45,051 nt of DNA from positions 1-45,051 of the forward strand of contig RFFQ01000183.1 in NCBI GenBank assembly GCA_003697105.1. The letters are read 5' to 3'. This DNA comes from Gemmatimonadota bacterium. GTDB taxonomy: Bacteria > 4572-55 > J002. A program made the position numbers and the translations under genes. The notes beneath the pieces were generated by a model that saw only the letters and a program-made list of their open reading frames with translations, did no database searches and was not told where the DNA came from. Positions 27,162 to 39,190 of the stretch are shown here, in pieces (within the stretch, counting starts at the first letter, position 1; every line of letters starts with the position of its first letter).

Positions 27162-28466
27162 TTAGTACAAGCTCCAGCCGACAATCTGGAATGTTTTGGT
27201 TGTGGAGACACTAATCCCACTCTTTTGGTCACGGGCGATGACTACCAGATTATACGTATCATACGGGGCATTTTCTAAATCCAAAACGCCAATAATTCGC
27301 GCATTTTGTCGGTCGATGGTGCGGGTTTCTTTAAATTGCATCACATCACCCATCAAATTTTGTCCGCGCACCCGGTATTCCAATTCAATTGTGGCAGTAC
27401 CGTCCGTATTGAGTGGGATGTGATAAATGTCATAATAACAATAGAGTACACCGCCTTGCCGGAAACGGCGGGTGGGGTTCGGCTCCATTCGGTAACTCTC
27501 TGGGGCATAAAGCGAGTCTGTGGAGAGAAGTTCCACCGTGTGAGCAAAGGCAAGATCACTAATTTGAAGCGAGTCAGGTGGTTCGGGCAGGTAGAATAAG
27601 GAGCGGAAATGTGCCATGCGTTCATTGTTTTTGTCTGTTAGCGACATCACCACATGGTATTCACCGGGGTCTAAGGTAAAGGTTTCGCGATGCCGTAACG
27701 AATTATCCGCGCTGACGTCATCTGGGGTAAATTGCTGTTCAAACACGCGGGATTCGATCTCATTTTCGTTAATATCCAAAATGCTGAACCGGTGTTCCAC
27801 AGTTGCCCAAGTGCCGGAATCGGTTTCCGCAAAATAAAGCGCTTTCGCGGAGTATTCATAATATAACTCCAACTGTACCTGATTTTCAGGGGTATAAAAC
27901 CGTGCCCAATCTACATCGAGGGGTAATTTCCCTCCCCCATGTAAAAATCGATCCAAGGGGGCCGCATTTTGCCGGCGGATAAATACCTCATACTCTTGAT
28001 CGCCGGGAAACGGGTAAATGATGCTACCAAATTCATCAAACCGGTATTTCAAACCCAGATCGTAGTAAATCCAATCCTGCCGGAGACCGACATCTTTGTT
28101 GAGGATTTCATCTGGTGGACCATATTTGATGTAAATACGGCCAATATCCGTTTTCCAGCCGGGGATGTTCGCGCTTTTTAATGAAAAATTATCGATGGTG
28201 TACTGGACGCGCCGTAAATGTTCTTCTCGCCGTTCATTTCGGGGTGTCCCCGGGGTGGGGTCCCGGCGTTGCCAGAACTTTTCCACCCATTCCGCCCGTT
28301 CTTCCGACGGTAGATTGAAGAACTCTTCTTTTTCAGCCGGGGTGGCAATATAAGCAATGTCATCATACAGTTCCCGATCCTCAGGGGAAAGCTTTTCAAT
28401 ACGATTGGCACATCCGCCCAGCAACATTGCGACCAGCAACAGCAGACTAATCGTTCGATAATACAT
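27162..28466 (-). CDS. GWxTD domain lipoprotein
   Basis: Lipobox LLGGC; FWQRRDPTPGTPRNE...EH..RV.Y; GWKTDIGRIYIKYGPPD. Confidence 0.9.
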   Translation of the reverse strand: MYYRTISLLLLVAMLLGGCANRIEKLSPEDRELYDDIAYIATPAEKEEFFNLPSEERAEWVEKFWQRRDPTPGTPRNERREEHLRRVQYTIDNFSLKSANIPGWKTDIGRIYIKYGPPDEILNKDVGLRQDWIYYDLGLKYRFDEFGSIIYPFPGDQEYEVFIRRQNAAPLDRFLHGGGKLPLDVDWARFYTPENQVQLELYYEYSAKALYFAETDSGTWATVEHRFSILDINENEIESRVFEQQFTPDDVSADNSLRHRETFTLDPGEYHVVMSLTDKNNERMAHFRSLFYLPEPPDSLQISDLAFAHTVELLSTDSLYAPESYRMEPNPTRRFRQGGVLYCYYDIYHIPLNTDGTATIELEYRVRGQNLMGDVMQFKETRTIDRQNARIIGVLDLENAPYDTYNLVVIARDQKSGISVSTTKTFQIVGWSLY

Positions 28467-28484
28467 GAATCATCCCTTGTGAAA

Positions 28485-28506
28485 ACAGGGGAGCATGCTC
28501 CCCTGT
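28485..28506 (-). terminator. Terminator-like perfect palindrome
   Basis: ACAGGGGAGCATGCTCCCCTGT followed by a short T-run on the minus strand, after the TPR gene. Confidence 0.6.
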
Positions 28507-28549
28507 GATGGGTTTGGAATCGAGTTCGTAGGGTATATGAAGGGCGTGA

Positions 28550-30142
28550 CTAACTTCCTTGGCCGACCTGTTTTAGCAAGGTATTCGTTAGTTCACGGCT
28601 TTTTAAACGCCGGAGGGCAATCCGGATCACTTCACGTTCGTCGATCTTTTCAATACAGTGCAGACATTCTTCGATCATCCGGTTTAAGCCCAAATCTTCA
28701 GAAATTTCTAAGGCGCGGTTAAAATGGTTGATCGCTTTGCTATCATCCCGTTTTTCCATACACATCAACCCGTATTCGTAATGTGCGCTGGCGAGGTCTT
28801 CCGAGAGTTTACCTTCATCCAGTGCATCCAGTGCTTTTTCAAAATGCGCTTCTGCGGTGTCCCACTCTCGTTTTTGCCGGTGATATTTCCCCATAACGAC
28901 ATCCACTCCGGCAAGTGCTCGCGGTTTGCGCTCTTGCTTAAAGATCATTTCGGCGGTTTGGGCGTGTTCCAACGCTTTTTCCATCTGATTCATATCCAGA
29001 AAGAGATGCGCCATATCCAAGAAAACCCGGCCGGTATTCATCTGATCTTGTACACTGGAAAAGAACTCATAACTGCGTTGAAAATACTTTTCTGAATTTT
29101 CGTAATCTTTTTTCAGGCGGTAAATTTTCCCCAAATTTCGATAGGTGTAAGAGAGGGCATGGGTGTTATTTAATTCCTCCGAGACGGCTAAATCTTTCTG
29201 AAAATAATCAATAGCGGCATCATAGTTTTCCAGCATAATATGCACATCGCCTAATTTGCCGTAGATCATTCCCATATCGGATTTGGCGCCAAGAAATTCA
29301 TACAAACTCTGGCTTTTTTCATAGAAAAAGATCGCTTCATGATGGTTGCCCATCTCTTTAAATGCTTGACCCAGACTGCTGTATGTCTTTGCCATACCCC
29401 ACTCATTTTCCACATCCAGATAAATTTCGAGGGCTTTATCGTAATTTTCTAAAGATTTAGAATAGTTGCGTTTGATGCTGTAAATCACCCCTAAATAGCG
29501 GTATGCTTCCGCTTTGCGCAGGCTCAATTCTTCGTCCTGAAGGATTTCCAACGCTTTTTCATAGAACCCCACCGCATCGTCCATCATGCCCATACGGAAA
29601 TGAAGTAGACCCATTTGGGTGTTGATACCGGCATAAATATCGGGGTCGGCATTGACCCGGTCGGCAATACGCACCCCACTTTCCAAAATCATGAGCGCTT
29701 TATCATTTTCACCAAGACGAGAAAGCGTATTGCCCAAATGGAACTGGCATTCGGGGAATTTATGCTCTAACTTCCCTGCATCCGCGGTATTGAGCGCATC
29801 TTGAAAGAGGGATTTTGCCGTTTGCAAGTCCCCTTGTTGCAACTTAATTTTGCCTTGCCCGATCAACGCATTGGTCATGGCTTCTTTATCATCCAGTTCT
29901 TTGGCAGTTTCGTAGGCTTTTGTAAAATCTTGCAAGGCATTGTCCCACTCACTTTGTTGAATGAGAATCTCCCCCCGGGCTAACCGTAATTGTACGAAAT
30001 TGGCTTTTGTTTCGGTGGTTTCCTTTTCCCGAAGTAACAGGTCTTCCGCGGTGGAAAAGTGCACCAGTGCAATTTCGTTATCAAAATTTTTTGCCGATGC
30101 CAAACCGGCGTTGAGAAAATCACTAAACTTTGTGCTTGCCAT
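28550..30142 (-). CDS. Tetratricopeptide repeat protein (cytoplasmic)
   Basis: About 40-aa helical repeats throughout, e.g. AYRYLGVIY...YDKALEI and TYSSLGQAF...YEKS. Confidence 0.88.
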   Translation of the reverse strand: MASTKFSDFLNAGLASAKNFDNEIALVHFSTAEDLLLREKETTETKANFVQLRLARGEILIQQSEWDNALQDFTKAYETAKELDDKEAMTNALIGQGKIKLQQGDLQTAKSLFQDALNTADAGKLEHKFPECQFHLGNTLSRLGENDKALMILESGVRIADRVNADPDIYAGINTQMGLLHFRMGMMDDAVGFYEKALEILQDEELSLRKAEAYRYLGVIYSIKRNYSKSLENYDKALEIYLDVENEWGMAKTYSSLGQAFKEMGNHHEAIFFYEKSQSLYEFLGAKSDMGMIYGKLGDVHIMLENYDAAIDYFQKDLAVSEELNNTHALSYTYRNLGKIYRLKKDYENSEKYFQRSYEFFSSVQDQMNTGRVFLDMAHLFLDMNQMEKALEHAQTAEMIFKQERKPRALAGVDVVMGKYHRQKREWDTAEAHFEKALDALDEGKLSEDLASAHYEYGLMCMEKRDDSKAINHFNRALEISEDLGLNRMIEECLHCIEKIDEREVIRIALRRLKSRELTNTLLKQVGQGS

Positions 30143-30365
30143 CTCCTGAGTCCTCTCTTTCCTTCAGTTGACGAGTGCCTTTGGTCAAAAACCGCTTTAA
30201 TCTTACCATATTATGGGGGTTTGTCAAGTGAAAAGTCCCCCCTGTGGATGGCTGTGGAATGGCGCTAATCCGCTTGTTTTAGCTTGATTATGCTCCTATA
30301 ATCTGTTAAACTAGGCGCGCCGTTTCCGCTATTTCCTCCAATTCATAAGGTCATAAGGAGAATCA

Positions 30366-31034
30366 ATGATACCCGATAACTTCATTCGTCTCAACCACTA
30401 TCACGAATATCCCCCGGATGAGATGCTTGCCCGGGCAAAAGCATTTTATGCAGATATACGCCGCCGCCGTTCTGTGCGAGATTTTTCGGATCGCCCCGTT
30501 GCGCGCGAAGTAATTGAATACTGCCTGTTAGCCGCTGGAACTGCTCCCAATGGTGCGAACAAACAACCGTGGCATTTTGTCGTTGTCAGCGATCCGGAAG
30601 TGAAACGCCAGATTCGGAAAGCGGCAGAAGCAGAAGAACGCGAATTTTACGAACGCCGCGCGTCTGACACATGGCTGGCAGATTTGGCGCCACTGGGTAC
30701 CGATGCACACAAACCGTTTTTGGAAATTGCCCCCTACCTGATTGTTATTTTTGCGGAAAAGTACCAGATCATGCCGGATGGAACCCAGCGGAAAAATTAT
30801 TACGTTCCGGAATCCGTCGGTATTGCCACCGGCTTGCTGGTTACGGCGATCCATCATGCCGGGCTGGTCTCCCTGACCCACACCCCTAGCCCGATGAAAT
30901 TTCTCAACACGATTTTAAATCGTCCCGCAAATGAAAAGCCTTTTTTAATTTTAGTAGTGGGGTATCCCGCGGAAGACGCCCACGTTCCAAACATCCGCAA
31001 AAAGTCGTTGGATGAACTCGCAACATTTGTTTGA
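30366..31034 (+). CDS. Iodotyrosine deiodinase-like nitroreductase family flavoprotein
   Basis: [46 protein letters not shown]. Confidence 0.88.
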   Translation: MIPDNFIRLNHYHEYPPDEMLARAKAFYADIRRRRSVRDFSDRPVAREVIEYCLLAAGTAPNGANKQPWHFVVVSDPEVKRQIRKAAEAEEREFYERRASDTWLADLAPLGTDAHKPFLEIAPYLIVIFAEKYQIMPDGTQRKNYYVPESVGIATGLLVTAIHHAGLVSLTHTPSPMKFLNTILNRPANEKPFLILVVGYPAEDAHVPNIRKKSLDELATFV

Positions 31035-31258
31035 AAGCACGCTTTGCCGGTGTTCTACCGTTTATGTTACCCGATAATTATTGACGTGCCGCCGTATGAC
31101 GATGAATCGGAAGTTGACGAACGTCATTTTGGAGGTTAGGCGTGGTGTTTTGCCTCATCTGAACCTGACGCTAACGGTTTACTTATAAAAATTGAACAAT
31201 CGGGTTGTACGAATGTACCCCCAATCATACCTTTTTTACACCAAATTACGGGGTCATC

Positions 31259-33100
31259 ATGCCACGCAAACGATTGTCCTGGGTTTTATTTCCATCCTAT
31301 GGGATCATCTCCCTAGCGGCACTACTGTTGATTAGTCATCTGGTCTTCCATGAAATTCACCAATTTTATCTGGATCAAGCACAAGTGCATCTGGAAACAA
31401 AGATCCAACTCATCAAACCGCCAATTGCACGCGCTTTAGCAGATGCCCAGCCGGACAGCGTGATTGAATCCCTCTGCCGTTCTTTTACGGGGTCAACGGG
31501 AGCCCGGCTGAGTGTGATCTTTCCGTCGGGTAAAATCCTTGGTTTTGATGGGGATATTGAACACCGCATTAGCCGTGATGCACCGGAAGTTCGTGCCGCG
31601 TTTGATGGGCGAACAACACGTCTTCTCCGCGATAGTGTTGTTTTTGATGAACAGATGATCTTTGTCGGTACACCCATTCGCCATCAAGGGCAGACGGTGG
31701 CAGTTCTCCGGGCGGCGGAACCCCTCAGCCCGATTCTGAGTTTTCAGCACCGACTAAGATGGCACATTTTCGGCTGGGGAGTGATTCTTTTGGCGCTGCT
31801 AAGCGGGGTTATGAGCCTGTGGGTCTCGCGCCGGATTCGGCACGCTTTGACGGCTCTTCAACACCATGCAGACCAGTTTAGCCAACGCCGGGAGGGTAAA
31901 TTTCCGCTATCTTCCATTGTGGAAGTGGCAGAACTTGGCATTGCCCTCAACAAAATGGCTCACAAAACGAACAAATACATCAATAAACTGATCCAAAAAG
32001 GGATTGAAGAAGAAGCGGTACTCTCCAGCATGGTGGAAGGGGTGATCGCCGTGGATACCGAAGAGCGTATTTTGTTGATCAATCCAGCCGCGGGAAAACT
32101 GCTCAACATCGAACCGGATCAGATGCAAGGACGCCGCTTACAAGAGGCGATTCGGAAGGCAAATCTACATCAATTTGTCCAAAATGTGTTAGAAAGCGGC
32201 CATCCCATCGAAGAAGATATTACCCTTTACGGTGAAAGTGCGGCGAACGACATCTTTTTGCAGATTCACGGGTCGATTTTGCAGAATGCCGGCAAAGAGC
32301 AACTGGGTGTAATTTTGGTGTTTAACGATGTAACCCGGTTACGCCGGCTGGAAACCGCGCAAAAAGATTTTGTGGCGAATGTGTCGCATGAACTGCGCAC
32401 CCCGATCACCTCGATTAAAGGATTTGCGGAAACCCTCATCGCGGGTGCTCTGGAACGCCCCGATAAAGCCGCCCGCTTTGTGAATATCATCGCACGGCAA
32501 GCCAATCAGTTGAATGCCATTGTAGATGATTTGCTGGCGCTTTCTCGTATTGAACGCCAATTGGAAGCACCTAATGAACTGGAATTTAATAAAATATCGA
32601 TTCAGACCATAATTGAACATGCGATTCAGGATTGTGAACTCAAAGCCATTGAGCGGCAAATCACTATTGAGGTACATTTCCCCGTCTGCCCAGATGTGCA
32701 AGTTAATCCGCACCTGATTGAACAAGCGCTGGTCAACTTGATCGATAATGCCATCAAATACAGCCCCGTTGGTGGAACGGTCACCATCACTACGGAGTTC
32801 ACAGAAGCGGCGGTCTGTGTCCACGTTCAAGATCAGGGAAGCGGTATCCCCCAAGAACATTTACCCCGCCTATTTGAGCGGTTTTATCGTGTTGATAAAG
32901 CCCGTAGCCGTGAATCCGGCGGTACGGGATTAGGGCTTTCCATTGTGCGTCACGTGTTGCGGGTACATGGTGGTGAGGTCTATGTGAAGAGTTCGGTCAA
33001 TCGTGGCAGTACCTTCACCATTTCATTACCGGTTCAGCCGGCATACCGGCTGGTGTCGCATCGCTCGCAGGATGGGTGGGTTAGTGCCGGTTTAGCTTGA
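31259..33100 (+). CDS. PhoR-like sensor histidine kinase (HAMP-PAS-HisKA-HATPase)
   Basis: DFVANVSHELRTPITSIKGFAETL; RFYRVDKARSRESGGTGLGLSIV. Confidence 0.9.
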   Translation: MPRKRLSWVLFPSYGIISLAALLLISHLVFHEIHQFYLDQAQVHLETKIQLIKPPIARALADAQPDSVIESLCRSFTGSTGARLSVIFPSGKILGFDGDIEHRISRDAPEVRAAFDGRTTRLLRDSVVFDEQMIFVGTPIRHQGQTVAVLRAAEPLSPILSFQHRLRWHIFGWGVILLALLSGVMSLWVSRRIRHALTALQHHADQFSQRREGKFPLSSIVEVAELGIALNKMAHKTNKYINKLIQKGIEEEAVLSSMVEGVIAVDTEERILLINPAAGKLLNIEPDQMQGRRLQEAIRKANLHQFVQNVLESGHPIEEDITLYGESAANDIFLQIHGSILQNAGKEQLGVILVFNDVTRLRRLETAQKDFVANVSHELRTPITSIKGFAETLIAGALERPDKAARFVNIIARQANQLNAIVDDLLALSRIERQLEAPNELEFNKISIQTIIEHAIQDCELKAIERQITIEVHFPVCPDVQVNPHLIEQALVNLIDNAIKYSPVGGTVTITTEFTEAAVCVHVQDQGSGIPQEHLPRLFERFYRVDKARSRESGGTGLGLSIVRHVLRVHGGEVYVKSSVNRGSTFTISLPVQPAYRLVSHRSQDGWVSAGLA

Positions 33101-33224
33101 CACCCGCCCGTTGTTCTCCAAATATCGTCCGGTACCCGCCGCCGCCCCACGCACCACCTTTCTCGCCGAATCCCACGATTATGGTGTTGCTTTTTTCCGC
33201 ATGATCTCTATATTACATCAATAA

Positions 33225-34736
<1,512 letters not shown>

Positions 34737-34913
34737 ATGCGGTGGATGGATGGTTTATCAACTTTGGAAGATGGGCTTGTCCGCGTCCGAATAAACACGG
34801 AAGTTACCGGTAAACTCACGACGATTTAGAGCTTGACAACACCGGGAATCACACCTATTCTGGACAGATGGAATCCCGATTTTAGGTGAATCTCAGATGA
34901 ACTTAAGGTGACT

Positions 34914-35732
34914 ATGACAGAAGAATTCCCCACGATATGGCACTATTACAAATCCGCGTTTTGGGAAAAGGCGAATTTGATCGGGTTAGCCGCCACTGCG
35001 GCCGCTGCCATTTTTGGTGACCCCATGTATTTGGCAATTGGGGCGGGGTTGGAAGTGGCGTATCTGGCAGTCGTACCGAATTTACCACGTTACCGCCAAA
35101 AAATAGCCCGCCAGCAAAAGGCACTCCTACTCGCACAGAAACGTGCCGAACGTCATAAAAAATATGAGATGCTGTCCACAGTAGAAAAACTGCGGTTCCG
35201 CCGGTTGGAGCGGCAAGTGAGTAAAATTCGCCGGATGGTGAATGACTCCGGCTCAGATATGATGTTCTTGATTGAATCCGATATTGCGAAACTCGATTAT
35301 CTCCTTGAATCCTTTCTTAACCTTTCACTGAATTTGAAACGGTATCAGCGCCATCTGCAATCTACGGATCGCCGCTCTATTGAATCCAATCTCCGCCAAT
35401 TACAGGAGCGTCTTGCCACCGATGAAGTCCTCGCTAAAAGTTCTTCTGCCCGGACTGCCGTCCAGAAAAATATATCCATCTTAGAGAAACGGCTCAATAA
35501 ACTCGATGACCTCGAGGGGCATTTAAAAACCCTGCAAGCCCAATTAGAAACCATTGATGACACCCTCGGATTGCTGCATGACCAAGTGCTAACGATGAAT
35601 TCCCCAGAGGAACTTTCCACCGAATTAGATGCCCTAATCTCTAACGTGGAAATTACCGAGCAAACCCTGCTAGATACCGCCACCTATTTCGGGGATTTGC
35701 ACCATCTGGAGCGCGAACTCAAGACATCATAA
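34914..35732 (+). CDS. Hypothetical membrane-anchored coiled-coil protein
   Basis: N-terminal hydrophobic hairpin followed by long heptad-rich helices. Upstream TTGACA-N17-TATTCT. Confidence 0.75.
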   Translation: MTEEFPTIWHYYKSAFWEKANLIGLAATAAAAIFGDPMYLAIGAGLEVAYLAVVPNLPRYRQKIARQQKALLLAQKRAERHKKYEMLSTVEKLRFRRLERQVSKIRRMVNDSGSDMMFLIESDIAKLDYLLESFLNLSLNLKRYQRHLQSTDRRSIESNLRQLQERLATDEVLAKSSSARTAVQKNISILEKRLNKLDDLEGHLKTLQAQLETIDDTLGLLHDQVLTMNSPEELSTELDALISNVEITEQTLLDTATYFGDLHHLERELKTS

Positions 35733-35784
35733 GCCACCATTACGGAGTTTATTTGAATTTAGGTAAATTTTTCCGAAAATTTAC

Positions 35785-35813
35785 TTGACTTTATATCTTA
35801 TAACTTATAGAAT
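35785..35813 (+). promoter_or_regulatory. sigma70-like promoter
   Basis: TTGACT-N17-TAGAAT in an AT-rich intergenic region. Confidence 0.65.
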
Positions 35814-35865
35814 ACTCTACTAAGGAGGGTTGTAAATTACTAGCATTTAAACATTGTCATAGTAC

Positions 35866-36105
35866 ATGATGAATTATAGCCAGACCAGACAAAATTTCGT
35901 CACATGGTATGAGAATTTGAAATTGAAATTTCAATTCCGTATGCCGACCCGCACGCTGATACGATTTGCCATATCTCCCCAGCAAAGACAGCTTGAGAGA
36001 CCACGAAATCGTACCAAAAACCGCACCGGTAACCCGGGCGTCCGATTTGGTTTCAATTACCATAATCATCACCTGAAATCTTTCCCAACGGGTGACACCT
36101 CGTAA
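35866..36105 (+). CDS. Possible small basic ORF / leader peptide (79 aa)
   Basis: Lies between a good promoter and a 15-bp hairpin that overlaps its stop codon. No RBS close to the ATG. Confidence 0.3.
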   Translation: MMNYSQTRQNFVTWYENLKLKFQFRMPTRTLIRFAISPQQRQLERPRNRTKNRTGNPGVRFGFNYHNHHLKSFPTGDTS

Positions 36106-36147
36106 CCCAGATTATCAGCATGAATCAATTCTGATAATCTGGGTTTT
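36104..36147 (+). terminator. Long hairpin / terminator
   Basis: AACCCAGATTATCAG-N12-CTGATAATCTGGGTT perfect 15-bp stem followed by further T residues. Confidence 0.7.
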
Positions 36148-36231
36148 GTAATTTAAATCGCCGCTTTTCCGTTCACATCCCATGGTTTCAGTTTCTTGCG
36201 TATTCTATCAATAGAAAGGAAGATAAGCCCC

Positions 36232-39093
36232 ATGACATTATCATTACCGGAGCTTGCAACATTATTATTATCAGTACAACTTATATTCTCCGTGGGACTA
36301 TTAATACTTCTAATACTTCTCATCGTCATTATTCTGTTGGTTTATTTACGCCCCGTGCAAGAAGATGAGGATGAAAATATAAAGCCTGTCCCGAGTCCAA
36401 AGTCGTCTCCAAAGACCGCTGGTGACGACAATCCGGAACGAAAAAAATTTAAGGATGATTGGGCTTCCGCGATACAGGATACAGTCCAAGTCCAAATTGA
36501 ATTTCGTGATGCATTGAATGAAATCACAAACGTCACGAAGTCCGCATATGAGTCCCAAATGCGTTGGGGGAGGATCAAAAAGGTTTTGCGGAAATTTTGT
36601 CATTTATACCTGTTTGATTGGTTAACTCCTGCCGAAAAAGCATATTTAAACCATCCAGCAATTAAAAAATATGTATATCGATGCTGGGCGGAATCCGTTC
36701 GCATTTCCCAGCAAGGTTACCGCGCCCTTCCGAAAGAGACGTTTTCTTTCCTTGAATATGTCTATAAATTTTACCGTATTAACCATGACGGAAGTAATAG
36801 TGAACTATTTAAAAAATATTATGATTTGGGGCTTTCCCTAAAAATGCTACGCCCCAATAACCAAGCCCATGTCTATGTTTCATTCGCCTTTGAAAACCGT
36901 CCCTTAAAACCCTATATTTCTGAATATTTACGGCTGGCAATTGTGACCGGCGAGTATGATTTAATCTTAAAACGATTCAAACCTTATCATTCTATGTTAA
37001 ATATTGCACCCGTTCCCGGCGAGCGGACTGTTTTTGATTCCCGATTCGATTTTCTCCCCATGTTAATCCCACTTGACTTAAAATACTCTTTCCCCATCGA
37101 ACTTTACAACATCCAGACCCGCAGACGTAACCGGTATATTTCGCTACCGGCCGTCCGAAACGCTAAACTGGAATTGCGCAAAAAAGGCGAGTTAAACACA
37201 ATTGAAAAACAAACCAGCTTTTTTCCACACAGTTATTTAAAGGAGGTTACTTTTGCGGAAGATGGTGAGGTTTATCATGTGAACGGTACTTCCAAAACCA
37301 AAATCGAAAATTATGGTCATAAGCGGAATGCATTTCTGCAAAAGAAATACTACCAAAAATTGTATCAAGGGATACCCCCAATAGACCCCACAAGTGCAGT
37401 GACGGTTCATTTTAATTTAAGAGAGCCTGTAGCGGTCTTATTCGATGGTATCCATAAAGAACGTGAATTAGAACTAAATAAGGTAATTCGTGTCATTAAA
37501 TGCCTTGATCTTTATATTCAAGACTATCAAGCGGGACAACGCCGCCCCATCGAGCAGTTTATTGCGGATATGTACCCGTTTGATAGCCACCCCCTAACCC
37601 CTAAGACCGCCGAGTTTATTCATCAAATTGAAGAAATACAACGTGAACAACCGTATGAAATTCTCGAATATACATTGGACCAACTCCAGAAAAAGAACGT
37701 TGCTAAGGATATCATCGAGGTATTAAAAACCAAGAAAGATGAAATCAATCACAAAAAATGCAAAACAAAAGCGGTGTTTGAGTCGGTTTTGGATGAGGTT
37801 TTGGCAGGAAAGCAACTTAGCCAGATCGATAAAGACTTAATTCTGAAATATGCCGCCCCTTCTGAAGATGACGCTTGGCATTTTTTGATCCAACGTTGTA
37901 TGGAAGGATATGCTCCGAGATTTATTTTACCCACATTGGTTCAGCAACAATCTAACGCGGCATTTGATGTTGTTTTTAGTCTCTTCCCGCTACTTACCGG
38001 AAAAGAACTGACGTTAGACCCCAAAGAAGCTAGCAACCTAGATATAGAGGAGTTATTTGAAGATAAGACCTTACATTTGATTGAGTCTGCTCAAAAGATA
38101 TTGGAAGAATTGGTACTGGAAGTACTTACGAAACATATCGAAATCTCCGCCGCTACAGCTAAAGCCAGAAGCGAAGCCCAGCTTGTTGAAATGGTGCTGG
38201 AAGCATGCTTGAAAGTAGAATATCACCACCGTAAACGAGAGGAAGATTTCCAGTTACTTCGCCAGAATCTGTTAGATCACCTTCAGAGACACTATACCAT
38301 GCACCACCAGTTTTTAAAGGAAATTTACCAGCATTTAGGGGATAAAGACATATTAAGTGATATTAACAAACTGAATATGACAGATGATGAATTTAAAGAG
38401 TTCATCAATAATGAGGTTGATGCGATCATCACCTTAATTCACCGTGCCCAGGGTCGCGTGTTTGACCGGGGAATTAGTAACCGCTTATTACTGTTTATTG
38501 AACCGAAAAGTGTGGAGGTTATCACGGGTCATTTTGAGTATCATGGATTGGAAAAAGAGCAAAAGTATCTCAATACTAAAATCGAACATGAACTGGACAT
38601 TGTTCAAACTCAACTGGAGACGGAACTCAGAGAAATAAAAGCTAGGTTAGCTGCAAAAGCGTCTATTGCTGAAGTGACCTATAGTATTGGGGTTATGGCA
38701 GCCAAAACAGAGCAACTTGTTGCTGAAATTGCCTTACAGTTGCGAGAAGCGCAACGAGATGGGGATATAACCCAGTATATTAAATTGTTCGCACTTTATG
38801 AAATTCAGAAGAACGGTTTTACCGAACTTGAACGTATTCTACAGACTACACCCGAAATCCTGCTGGGGGTAAATGACCCCGCGTACACAACATTATATAC
38901 CCTTAAATTGAAATTTGAACTGATTAACCTATTGAAAACGAACCCAGATATTGACGCCCTCACCATTGCCGCTATTCTCGAAGCAAACTATAGTACGTTA
39001 ATCAACACAGAAGTGTACCGGGATCACAACCAATTATTAGCGGACACTTTAAAGAATACCTACTTTGTGCAGCACCCCGATGGACATTCCTAA
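36232..39093 (+). CDS. Large hypothetical protein with N-terminal membrane anchor (~953 aa)
   Basis: Long uninterrupted ORF, visibly more AT-rich than its neighbours. Strong N-terminal TM segment, helical C-terminal half, no recognised catalytic motif. Confidence 0.85.
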   Translation: MTLSLPELATLLLSVQLIFSVGLLILLILLIVIILLVYLRPVQEDEDENIKPVPSPKSSPKTAGDDNPERKKFKDDWASAIQDTVQVQIEFRDALNEITNVTKSAYESQMRWGRIKKVLRKFCHLYLFDWLTPAEKAYLNHPAIKKYVYRCWAESVRISQQGYRALPKETFSFLEYVYKFYRINHDGSNSELFKKYYDLGLSLKMLRPNNQAHVYVSFAFENRPLKPYISEYLRLAIVTGEYDLILKRFKPYHSMLNIAPVPGERTVFDSRFDFLPMLIPLDLKYSFPIELYNIQTRRRNRYISLPAVRNAKLELRKKGELNTIEKQTSFFPHSYLKEVTFAEDGEVYHVNGTSKTKIENYGHKRNAFLQKKYYQKLYQGIPPIDPTSAVTVHFNLREPVAVLFDGIHKERELELNKVIRVIKCLDLYIQDYQAGQRRPIEQFIADMYPFDSHPLTPKTAEFIHQIEEIQREQPYEILEYTLDQLQKKNVAKDIIEVLKTKKDEINHKKCKTKAVFESVLDEVLAGKQLSQIDKDLILKYAAPSEDDAWHFLIQRCMEGYAPRFILPTLVQQQSNAAFDVVFSLFPLLTGKELTLDPKEASNLDIEELFEDKTLHLIESAQKILEELVLEVLTKHIEISAATAKARSEAQLVEMVLEACLKVEYHHRKREEDFQLLRQNLLDHLQRHYTMHHQFLKEIYQHLGDKDILSDINKLNMTDDEFKEFINNEVDAIITLIHRAQGRVFDRGISNRLLLFIEPKSVEVITGHFEYHGLEKEQKYLNTKIEHELDIVQTQLETELREIKARLAAKASIAEVTYSIGVMAAKTEQLVAEIALQLREAQRDGDITQYIKLFALYEIQKNGFTELERILQTTPEILLGVNDPAYTTLYTLKLKFELINLLKTNPDIDALTIAAILEANYSTLINTEVYRDHNQLLADTLKNTYFVQHPDGHS

Positions 39094-39190
39094 CCGGTAA
39101 AAAATCTTGACAATCCATAATAGAATACCTAATGTATCCCTGTCTTAATTCATATCGTTTATTTACCCTTTTACCAGCAAAGGATGGCTT

